Below are positions 53,783 through 64,000 of a stretch of 64,000 bases of DNA, one piece after another (within the stretch, counting starts at the first letter, position 1; each line of letters opens with the position of its first letter). Below the pieces are notes generated by a model. It had not been told where the DNA came from, did no database searches, and was given only the letters and a program-made list of their open reading frames with translations. Source of the stretch: Camelus ferus (lineage: Eukaryota); contig NC_045697.1 in assembly GCF_009834535.1 (NCBI RefSeq), positions 72,542,001 through 72,606,000 of the forward strand, read 5' to 3'. The translations under genes were made by a program, and so were the position numbers.

Positions 53783-53947
53783 CTTTATTATGAAAGGAAG
53801 TTGTAAGAAATTTGAAAACATTATAATCATTACACTATAACTAATTCCTTTTCCCCAGAGGTTTATTTTTTACTAAGATACTTGCTTACAGAATATTAAA
53901 AAAAAAAATACAACAGACACACACATGAGTGGAAGGATGAAACTTAC

Positions 53948-54238
53948 TTTAGCTATCATTTCTCTTATGTTTTCTTGTAGTTGGTTCCTTTCAGATTGAA
54001 GAACTTCTTGTAGCCTCTGTAGGTCATCTCTCTCCTTAGCTGTAGATTTCACTTCATCATGACTTTTCTGAAGTCTCTCAGACAACTTGAGCTTTTCCAT
54101 TTCTAGCCTTAGTAGTGCTGAATCTTTGGCTTTGAGTTGCTCCTTCAGTTGATCAGTCTCACTCATAATTTTCTTAATCTCATTGTCCTTTTCTTCCATA
54201 TTGAAGGACTGTTCTTGTTTGTTTTGAGATGCTTGGAT
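53948..54238 (-). CDS. CENPE: CENPE stalk long exon L3 (IQASQNKQEQSF...IREMIAK)
   Basis: 291 nt, tcttaag| ... |gtaagt. Confidence 0.93.
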
Positions 54239-54374
54239 CTTAAGAGAATCATACAACAATACAGTTGATATCCAGAGATACTTTATTTTATTTTAGGGAA
54301 AAAGAAGTAAGGATACTTTGTAAAACAATTAAGTCAGGGATTCAATGGCTCATTTACAGAGCAATCTTTCCACT

Positions 54375-55210
54375 CATCTACTCTTCCATTATTCAGATAT
54401 TTAATACTTATTTACTGAGAACTCACTGTGCTGTCAATATCCTATTAAGCTGGAGATGAAATGGTAAATGAGACTTTACATGATCTGTTTTTTTGAGACT
54501 TACATACTTTAGGGGAAAAGACAGATATTATACCAAATCTTACCAAACAGAGGAGCTGGGTTCTTTCAGGGTACCAGTGGCAAATCTAACTTACTGTGAG
54601 TGGTTAGGAAGGGCTTTCTGGGGGAAGGAAAGCTTCAGTTGAGATCTGAAGGCTGTGAGCACTAGTTAGGCAAAGAGGGGTATAGAAATACAACAAGGAA
54701 GACTAGAATATCTGGAAGCCATGAGGTGAAAAAGAGCAATAGACTAGAGCTGTTGAAGCACAATGAGCAGGAGAAAGAGTGAGATGAAATAGGGCTAGAG
54801 ATCAGCAGGGTCTGGGATCCAGGGTCTCATAGACTGTGTGAAGGATGCTGGTCTTTATTTCAAGAGTAACAATAAGCTATTAAAGGGTTTTAAGAAGAAA
54901 AGATCCCTTGGGCTCAGTTTGGAGAATGAATTAGAGAAGTATGAAATGAATGGGGAGACCAGATAGGCGGCTAATGCAGAAATTCAGGGAAAGAAATAAT
55001 CATGGCTTGGATTAGGCCATCAGCTATGTGGAGAGAAGAGTGGAAGGATTTTACACACATATACACACCTCCCTTAAAATCAACAAGGTTTGGTACTTGG
55101 ATTACAGAGTGAGTAGGGTGGAAGGGACAGTAGTAGGGATGATTCTGGATTTCTGACTGGATCAATGAGGAAGATAGTAATACCTCATGAAATGCTGGAG
55201 AAACAGGTTT
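54375..55210 (-). mobile_element. L2 fragment in the intron directly downstream of relic exon S3
   Basis: Reverse L2 3' sequence (tatttactgaga, gttgagatctgaagg, ggatttctgactgg). Confidence 0.7.
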
Positions 55211-55244
55211 AAAGAAGGAAAGAAAATAGCATTTTTGGCTTTAT

Positions 55245-55371
55245 CCTTTCCTGTAATTTGGCACGGCTTTTTCTAAATCATTTGGAATAGTCTCTTCCCT
55301 GACACATTTCCTCTGTTTCAATAGTTTTTTATTATTTATGAGCAATTTTTAGTTATTTCTGTTTTCAGTCA
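55245..55371 (-). pseudogene. CENPE: Decayed relic of CENPE stalk short exon S3
   Basis: Retains ctaaaaattgctcat, aaaaactattg, gatttagaaaaa and aaattacaggaaag shared with S exons; 127 nt, starts with TGA, donor reads AT. Confidence 0.8.
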
Positions 55372-55494
55372 CTTAATAATTTAAGAGATGCTTAAAGAAA
55401 ATTGGTAATAACATTATAACTACAAATGCCCCCTTTCCCAAAGACTTGATATTTATAAAACACTTATTTAATGGGAGGAAAGGATGAAACTTAC

Positions 55495-55785
55495 TTTAGC
55501 CAAAGTTTCTTTAATCTCTTCTTTTAGCTCGTCACGTTCAACTTGAAGTGCTTCGTTTGTCATTTTAAGGTTGTCTCTTTCCTTAGTTAGAGATTTTATT
55601 TCTTCAAGACTGTCTTGAAGGTTCTCAGTCAACCTGAGCCTTTCCATTTCTATATCTGCCAGTGTTGCTGAATCCTTGGCTTTGGACTGTCCTTTCAATA
55701 GCTCCAGTTGATCCACTGTTTCCTGAGTATCACTGACTTCTTTCACATTAGGAAGTAGCTCCTGTTCCTCATGAAGCACTGGGAT
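55495..55785 (-). CDS. CENPE: CENPE stalk long exon L2 (IPVLHEEQELLPNVKEV...IKETLAK)
   Basis: 291 nt, tcacaag| ... |gtaagt. Confidence 0.94.
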
Positions 55786-56681
55786 CTTGTGATATTCATA
55801 AAATACCAAGGTTACTATATAGAGAGTGTTATCATAATTTTTTAAAGGGAAAAGGTGAGACTACTTTCCATAGCAATGAAAGTGACCTTGAACCCTCACG
55901 GTCTACCATGGAGTACAAATTCCTATTTATTCATTTTCACTTGATTCCTACTAAAGCTATTCATGACTTTTCTGCTAGTCACATTCTGTCATAATTTTCT
56001 TTTTCTCCAGCTTATATCCAAAGTGAACTAATCCTTACATTTACCAACAAATTATTAATCCAGTCAGTTGCATACTTTATTTCTATACTAGTTCCCAAAT
56101 GCAGGAGAAATTTCAGAGTTGAGCAGATTATATCCCAATAAATGAATGGCCCCCATTCTCAGATGAATGCTAATGTTACTTCATATATTTTTTATGGGTA
56201 CAGATTGATCCCCCTTTCCCATGACCACTAGTGGTACCATCTAACTTTGCATATCATATTTCTACATTTATCATACTGGAATTGAGGGATTTTTTATATG
56301 CCTATATTGGGGAAAAAGAACAATGTCTTATTCATAGCCACAGTCTCAATGCCTGGCACATAGTAGGCTTTTAACACAGGTTGGTCCGGTTACCCCAGTG
56401 CTTCATTTTCTCCATGGCATTTGCCATTATCTCAAATTATCTTGTTCATTTGACTGCTTATTCATTGATTACTTCTTTCCACTGCAAAGTAAGTTCTGTG
56501 ATCACAGAGATTTTGTCCACCTTGTTCCCATTTTATTTCTATAACCCAGGACTGTATCTCCCATGTTAGACACTCAACAACTACTATACAATAAATAACT
56601 CAGTCACTGTCTAATGCTTATCATTCCTTCAAGGAGAAAGAAAGGAAGAAGGGACAAGGAGGGAAGGAAGAAAATACAAAC

Positions 56682-56840
56682 CTTTTCTTGTAATTCAGTA
56701 TTTGCTTTTTCTAAGTTCTTTTGAATACTTATTATTTGAGCTGTCTTCTCAGAAATGTTTCTTCTTAGTTCTTCAATAGTTTCTTGGTGCTCTTTTAGAT
56801 GCATGTGGGCCATTTTTAGTTCTTCTCTTGTTTCTAGACC
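56682..56840 (-). CDS. CENPE: CENPE stalk short exon S2 (GLETREELKMAHMHLKEHQE...TELQEK)
   Basis: 159 nt, aataaag| ... |gtttgt. Confidence 0.93.
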
Positions 56841-56965
56841 CTTTATTAGCAAGTGAAATTTAAAAAATAATTATAATAACATCATCCCAACATTGCCTAC
56901 CCTTTTTCAATTGACTCAGATTTTAAGAAAACATTTAATAGATGAAAGAAAAGGGTATGACTTAC

Positions 56966-57256
56966 TGTAACTTCAATTTCTCTTATGTATCCTTTAAGTT
57001 TACTTCTCTCTGTTTCAAATGACTCCTGTAATTCCTTTAGATTGTCTCTTTCCTTGGTTATGAATTTCATTTCCTCATAATTTTCATGAAGTTGCTGAGC
57101 CAACTCTAGCTTCTCAATTTTTATACATTCCAATGATAATTCTTGGTTCTTTAATTCGTTCTTTAAATTTTCCACTTCACTCATCTTTTTCTGCATCTCA
57201 CTCATTTCTTCTCGTACACTAAGAAGTTGCTGCTGTTTTTCTTGGAGTTGTTGGTT
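56966..57256 (-). CDS. CENPE: CENPE stalk long exon L1 ([12 protein letters not shown]...IREIEVT)
   Basis: 291 nt, ccttaag| ... |gtaagt. Confidence 0.94.
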
Positions 57257-57411
57257 CTTAAGGAATAGTTTTTATAATTAGCATTTTGTCTATACTCTCT
57301 TAAAATTCTTGTGTAAAATGTATTTGTGGAACTGAAATAATCATCATCATAGCCCTGTCTACACCCCAATATAAACAAATAAGTAGCATTAAATGTAAAG
57401 TAACTTTCTAG

Positions 57412-57857
57412 GCATAGTGTCTATATTGGGTCCTACCCCAAATTCATGTCTACCCAGACCCTCAGAATGTAACCTTTTTGAAAACAGGATTTTTGCAGAT
57501 GTAATAAGTTAAGGTTTGAGAAGGAGTATTCTTGGACTAAGGTGGGGCCTAAATCCAATGAGACCATCCTTATAAGAGACAGAAAAGGACAGAGAGACAC
57601 AGAGAAAGTCATATGAAGATGGAGGCAGAGACTGGAGAGATGCAGTTATTAGCGAAGGGCCACCAAGGACAGCAGGGAGTCAAGGACAGCAAGAGGCAAG
57701 AAAGGATTCTTCCCTAGAGCCTGCAGGGGGAGCTCGGTTCTGCCAACACCTTGATTTTGGACTTCTAGGATCCAGGACTGTGAAAGAATAAATTTCTGTT
57801 GTTTTAAGCCATCAAGTTTATGGTAATTTGATACAGAAACCTTAGGAAACTAAGATA
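57412..57857 (+). mobile_element. MaLR solo LTR (MLT1B/C-like)
   Basis: ccttataagag, ggaggcagagactggag, gaataaatttctgttgttttaagcca, ttaggaaactaa. Confidence 0.85.
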
Positions 57858-58356
57858 GTCCCACTAGGTTAATCAAGGAGGTAAAGTGAAAGTGAGAAAA
57901 ATCAAAAAAGGAAAGAGATGAATTAAATATACAGATATAGCTGCCAAATAACTGTAATTCTTTTTCTCTTAAAAATTTGGAAAATTTATTTCCATTTCCA
58001 ATAAGGTCCATACGGGGTGGCTCAAAGAAACAACGAGGCATTAACTTCTACGTAAGCTTATTGATTTCACTTCTTTAGGAGGAATATGAAATAGACATAA
58101 GGTTTTACTATATTCAGTTAAGTTATAGTAAAAGGGATGAGAATTAAGAGAATACATGTTAGGAAAAAAATACAGAAGCACAATGGAAATTGCAATGTAT
58201 CACCTATAATGCATGTGGCACTGCTCCTAGAATATACAGAAAGATCACAATGGGTGCATTTTAGAATTACTTGGGAAGTACAATTGTTACAAGAGTCTTA
58301 GCTCTTCTACAAATATTACAACAGCCCTTACTGCAAACATCTAAGAGATGGTAATA

Positions 58357-58706
58357 CAATAACCCTTTGGTATCCACAGGGGATTGAGTCCAGGACCCCT
58401 GTGGATACCAAAATCTGAGGATGCTCAAGTCCTTAATAGAAAATGACACTGTATTGGCGTATAAACTACAAACACCCTCCCTTATACTCTAACTCATCTC
58501 TAGATTACTTGTAATACCGGATACAATGCAAATACTACATAAATAGTTGTAAATACTATGTAAATGTTATGTAAATAGTTGCTGGTGCTTGGCAAATTCA
58601 AGTTTCACTTTTGGAACTTTACGAATTTTTTTTTCCTCTGAATATTTTTGATCTGTGGTTGATTGAATCCACAGATGCAGAAACTGCAGATATGGAGGGC
58701 TGACTG
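58357..58706. mobile_element. MER2-like Tigger MITE
   Basis: TA|caataaccct ... ggagggctgactg|TA; MER2-like body. Confidence 0.85.
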
Positions 58707-59112
58707 TAGTGATAAATCTTACATTTTAGAGAATGACTGATATATTTCTATAAGAGCAGGCTCTTTGTTTTGTTGACTAACGTATCTCAAGAGCCCAGAA
58801 CAATGCCTGGCCCATGGCAGTGCTCAATATAAACTTGAATGAATATATCAAATGATTAGTTCAGATGAATGAAGGCTCTGTCTCTCACGTAAAGATTAGA
58901 ATAATATAATCTTCACAAAGGATGTTAGTTAACATCTCAGTAGGAGTTGAAGTTGTTCCAACTATTAGCATTAAGATCTGTTCATTTGAGAGGTATGTGT
59001 TATTTCTGGAATTCACATCTACTGGAGTCAAATCTGTAAACCTCCCCCAGCTCCACCCCCACACAAAGTTAAGTCAGGAAAAATGACCAAGAAGATAACT
59101 TTAAAAAGTCAC

Positions 59113-59271
59113 CTTTTCCTTTAGCTTTTCTTCAACTTCTGCCAGTTTCTCACACGTCCTAAAAAGCTCTTCTTCTTTCTTTATGGCATGGTTCTTTTCT
59201 TGTGTAACTCTCTCTTGTTGCTTTTTAAGTTCATCTCCAAGAATTCTTAATTCTTCTTGGTTTTCAATGGT
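59113..59271 (-). CDS. CENPE: CENPE stalk short exon S1 ([20 protein letters not shown]...EEKLKEK)
   Basis: 159 nt, ttctag| ... |gtgact. Confidence 0.94.
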
Positions 59272-59989
59272 CTAGAATTTTTAAAAAGTTGAGATTAAAA
59301 TGAATAATACTAGCTTACATTTATGAAATCAGGTAAAAATAAGCATTTACTTCAGCCTGAAAAGGAACTCATGGCAAGCTATATTGGAAAACACTACTTA
59401 AAAAAAGAGTCTTTAATTTAACTGTGTAAATGCCAGGAATCTGCTTTTTTATGCTGTTTCTTTATTGCTCACCTTACATTCCTATCAGAAGAATTAGAAC
59501 TGGATTCAGCATTCTATCATGAGGGGTTTGCTCATTTTCTACCCCTAAGACAAAACAGACTTTCTAAGCTTTTGTTGACTGAAGGTGACTCTCTTTTTCT
59601 CTCTCTCTGTATATATATGGTTATGAGCTTTTCATATGCTGGAATGGCTTTGGTTTTGTCTACTGATTAATAGTAAGCTCAAAATGGCAGCATCTTTTGC
59701 TAGCATGAGGTGGGGTATTTCTAGTTGTTAAGCTTAAACAGTGACATTCTCAAGTATCAAGACCACAAAAATATTACATGCCAGAGACTGAGAAGACATT
59801 ATGACTTTTGTCTGTATTCTTATTTACATTCAGCAATTTTGATCAAATAGAAAACAATCCCAATAAACATGGAAAATTATACAAAAGGTCAGGTTCTACT
59901 GAGATCCACAGCAAACTTCTCAAAATACTAATTTCAATCTATACACATTATACTGTCCCTAAACTTAAAAACAAAAACTAAAGTAGGTT

Positions 59990-60905
59990 TGAAAATATTG
60001 GCAAACTTAACAACAGACAATTAAAAATGAAATTTAAAAAATTACAACAGCATAAATAAAAGAGAGATATTTAGGAACAAATTCAACACAATATGGAAAA
60101 GACTTGTACTCTAAAGTCTATAACACATCACTGAGAAGAACACATAATTTATAGAAAAATACACAATGAAGAAGCATGGAAAGATGCTCAATATCTTTAG
60201 TCATTAGGGAAAGGCAAATTAAAACAATGAGGTACACACCTAATAGAATGGCTAAAATTAAAAACACCAATAACATGAAGTGTTGGTGAGGATGTGGAGC
60301 CACCAGAATTCTCTTAATTTGCTGATGGGAATGTAAAATGGTATAACTACTTTGGAAATCTGTTTAATAAATTTTCATCAAGTTAAATATAACCTCCTTA
60401 TGACCCAGCTATTCCATTTAGATATTTACCCTAGAGAAATTAAAAAACATACACTCATAAGAAGATTTTATATGAATATTTCCAGCAGCTTTATAAAATA
60501 GCCAAATATGGAGATAACTCAGATTTTCACCAATAGGAGAAAGTCTAAACAAATTGTGGCCTATTCATACAATGGATTACTACCCAGCAATAAGCAGGAG
60601 AGTAGAAAGAAGACACAAAAGAATGTATGCTGTGTGATTCTATTTGTATGAAGTTCTAGAAGAGACAAGGTGATTAAAGGGAAAAAAAAAAACATAAGGA
60701 CAGTGACTATATGTATGGGGCAGAGGGTGAGATTAGGATTGAATAGGTTGGGGCAAGGGAATTTTTTGGGGTGATGGAAACGTTCTATGTCTTGACTGAG
60801 GTGGAGGGTACACAAGTAGAGACATTTTTCAAAAGTCATCAGACTGTACACTTGCATCAGATACATTTATTCCATGGAAATTATACCTCAGTATAGTTGT
60901 AAAAA
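59990..60905 (+). mobile_element. Old L1M ORF2 end and 3'UTR
   Basis: gttggtgaggatgtggagc, gctgatgggaatgtaaaatggta, ggggtgatggaaacgttcta. Confidence 0.8.
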
Positions 60906-60960
60906 TCTAAAACATACAAAGATAAAAATGTATTGCTAAGTATATAGTGCTGAATCCTAC

Positions 60961-61164
60961 CATTTCAATGTTTTCTCTTAGGTCAGTCTTCAGCTGTTCC
61001 TTTTCTGCTGTAACACTCTCTAACATTTGCTGCAGTTCATTTTTCTCTTGTATTAAAGAAAATATCTTTCTCTGTTGCTCAGTTAGTTCATTATTCTCAT
61101 CAGCTGCAATCAGTGCTTGGGTTATTTTGGTTTCCAAATTCTGTGTTTTATCTATGCCAACCAT
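60961..61164 (-). CDS. CENPE: CENPE exon (MVGIDKTQNLETK...LKTDLRENIEM), most 5' CENPE exon found in the window
   Basis: 204 nt, ttttag| ... |gtagga. Confidence 0.94.
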
Positions 61165-61188
61165 CTAAAATATAAACATAAAGAATGT

Positions 61189-61265
61189 TTAAAGAATTTT
61201 TTAGTTAATAATTTTAATAATAAAAGAATTAAAGAATTTTTTAGTTAATAATTTTAATAATAAAA
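61189..61265. repeat. Perfect 37-bp direct repeat, period 40
   Basis: ttaaagaattttttagttaataattttaataataaaa at 61189 and 61229. Confidence 0.95.
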
Positions 61266-63244
61266 CTAGTCAACATTTGTATTACTTATCATGTACCAGG
61301 CACAATTTTCATATACTGACATATTTAATCTTCACTATAACCTTATGAGGTAGGTTATTATTATCTCCATTGGACAGATGAGGAAACTGAATCCCAGAGA
61401 GAATAGTTACTTGATGAAGGTCACCCAGAGAGGAATAACCAGGCTATAAACCCAACGGTCAGGTTCCAGTTTGTGCTCTTGTGACTGTTCACTGATAAGA
61501 ACTGTCTGAACAGATACAGATAATTAACAATTATCTTCAGGTATGATGGGTTAAACTGACTTTAAGAAAAAGTTAGCCACCTGAACTCTATCATTTTTTC
61601 TTTTCTTTAAAAGCTGGAAATCATTACCTATTCCCAACAAATCATTATTTTCAGAGGCTGTAACACTCACCAAAGCAGGAGTTATATTACGTATAGAGGG
61701 CAAAATAATTTTGATAGAAATATATCTCATGTTATAATAGCAAAATTCATTTTCTCTTAATATTTTATTTTTATTTACTACTTTAAAAAATCATGTTATA
61801 TAAATTCGTATCTCCATAAGTAAGTTCTAACCAAAGGTAACCTAAAATGTGAACTCCTTGGTAAAAGGAGACAAAGACTGACATTACAGTTGTTGGCATG
61901 AAATTAATGTCACTATATAACCTTACACTAGGCCCAATAAATACATTCCGTTCCATATTGGCCATATATGTTTTTAAAGGTTTTTATAATAACTTATAAT
62001 TAACATTAGAAAAAAATTTAAAAAATAAAGAGAAAAAAATGTTCCAGTGTCCCCAACACAACCACTATTAGAGTTCTGGAATATTTCATTCCAGATTTTT
62101 TCCCATTAACTTTTTTTTAAACATAGCAAACAATTAATTTACACATATAGGATTTTTCAGCTTTTCTTTTCCACTTAGATGATATGCATTTTCCTATACT
62201 GTTACATAATATTCAAATTATTATTTTTAGTTGCTCCATTCTCTAGAGTGGATATGGACAAACCAAACTTTGTCTAGCTACCTTCTTAGTGTTGGCAATA
62301 TGCAGGAGCTTCTGACAATGGTGGGCACAGAGCTAACGACATGAGAAATTAAGGCAGGGAACATATGGTCTTTGGTACCAATATGTCAGACACTATAATT
62401 CGGAATCCTGTATCTTTATTCCTAAACAAAGGAATATACACAAAGACAAAGCTGATGGAGACAAAGTATTCTATGACACCACACTCAACGTACATTTCAA
62501 AACTGACCTCAGCCTAGAAGCTTTTCAGCTACCAAGGTTATGAGTAAAATCTAATTTCTGTTGAAGACACACTAGAGAAATTGCATTTCCAAAAAGAGAC
62601 ACATCAAGTAGGACTGGAAATGGGCACTCCAAGGGGATTCCTGATAGGCCTACTAATGGAGTTCTATGGTACCCAGATGGATAGAGGGGCCCCTAGAAAT
62701 TCCAGACCCATTCTTTTATCCACATGAGTGATTCCAGCATGAACATGATTATCACAAGACCAAGGTGATCTCAGCCTTCCAGTCCAGATTTCAAGAACTC
62801 TAATGTACAGAATGGCCCCTAAGAATCCCAAATGACCCTTTTATCAACATGATGGTTCTAGAATGAACACAATAAGAGCCAGTTGGTCCCAGTGAGTATA
62901 ACTCTTCTTTCTCCTCACTTCTCTGTTGCCTCTTTCTCATGGGGCCCTATGATTACATTTTGCATTTGTTTAAAAGCAGCTATAAATTGTTGTATTTTAT
63001 TTTAAAAGATCTGTCAAAAAAATCTTCCCCTTATGAAAGTGGAAGTTACAAGTTTCAAATCAAGGTCAAGTACTTTTGGCCCATGGTTGATTCAAATTAT
63101 AGACAGGCTGAGAATACAAGATAACAGAGGAAGTGAAAATGCTTTTCTAGGACAGAAGGGTTCAAGCACAGGAAGAAAGAAAACAAGGCTGCTTTTCCAA
63201 GGCAGGAATATTGTGTGCCATGGTAAATGAGAAAAAAGAAGCTA

Positions 63245-63507
63245 ATTTAGACTATATCAAAATAAAAAACTTCTGTGCATCAAAGGACACAATCAACAGA
63301 GTGAAAAGGCAACCTATGGAATGCAAGAAAATATTTGCAAATCATACTACTGATAAAGGGTTAATATCCAGAAAAATATAAAGAACTTTTACAACTTAAC
63401 AAGAAAACCAACCCAATTTAGAAATGAGTAAAAACTTGAACAGGAATTTCTGCCACCTGAACTCTACCACTTTATTTAAAGAAGATATACAAATAGCTTA
63501 CAAGCAG
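63245..63507 (+). mobile_element. L1 ORF2 fragment
   Basis: aaaaacttctgtgcatcaaaggacacaatcaacagagtgaaaaggcaacc ... aaagaagatatacaaat. Confidence 0.85.
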
Positions 63508-64000
63508 TCTGTTATATTTTGTTATGGAAGCCCTAGCAGATAAATACATCCCCACTTAAAAAAAATTACCGTTAGCATCTAGCTCTCCTTGTATATAATT
63601 AAATAACCAGTTAAGGTCTCAAGACAAAATGAACCACACTACCTAGAATGAATTATGGTAAGATTTAAGCACCTAATAGTAAAATTATGGCCCAAACGCT
63701 AGAAAGAGGCACAAGCACGACACACACATCGAATCTCTAGCAAACTCTAAACAAGTATAGTATACAAAATCTGATATAAAACAAATTATTTTAGCCATTA
63801 TTAATAATAAGCACTCAATCTTTCTTATATTCTTAGAATTCAGAGGTGCTTTTAAAAATGTATAAATTACATCAGGCCTCAGAAAAATATCAGCTCAAAG
63901 TTTGAACTAGTATTTTTTGTCTTTTCTTTTTCAAATTGATAATAAGCAGTTATAGTTGAAGTTATCTAAAAGACATCAGGATTAAGCTTGTAAAGTATTC

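Noticed and set aside
48141..59271. CRISPR-like array or assembly duplication for the periodic repeats
   Set aside because: Eukaryotic DNA; the units are diverged spliced exons separated by introns with different old repeat insertions.
61165..64000. Next upstream CENPE exon
   Set aside because: No coiled-coil-coding exon with splice sites recognised; region holds MIR, L1 and unassigned intronic sequence.

Overview
Mammalian genomic DNA, most likely a camelid judging by three copies of a Vic-1-like tRNA-derived SINE. It carries two intron-containing genes in tandem on the minus strand. The first is the 3' part of CENPE (kinesin-7, centromere protein E), from exon 60961-61164 down to the stop at 24532 with C-terminal CKTQ; its motor domain lies beyond the right edge. 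The second is BDH2 (SDR family), with coding exons from 15350 down to 1474; its last coding exon lies beyond the left edge. I read all exon boundaries directly from the sequence and checked them for frame. The main observation is that the CENP-E stalk is encoded by 8 tandem short+long exon units (typically 159 nt + 291 nt, all phase 0) whose members are in different states. One is a decayed relic (55245-55371). One has an open frame but both splice dinucleotides mutated (48611-48769, AC/AT). One is intact but divergent (52857-53009), and it and an intact long exon (51180-51461) are absent from the human canonical protein as I recall it. Other points: a 5'-truncated RPL41 retrocopy and an LTR16-derived CpG island in BDH2 intron 1, a ZNF143-type motif and a divergent CTCF-motif pair at the probable BDH2 promoter, and templated-insertion scars inside L1 fragments. 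Gene identities, human comparisons and repeat family names come from memory of those sequences, not from searches; repeat boundaries are approximate unless a TSD is given.
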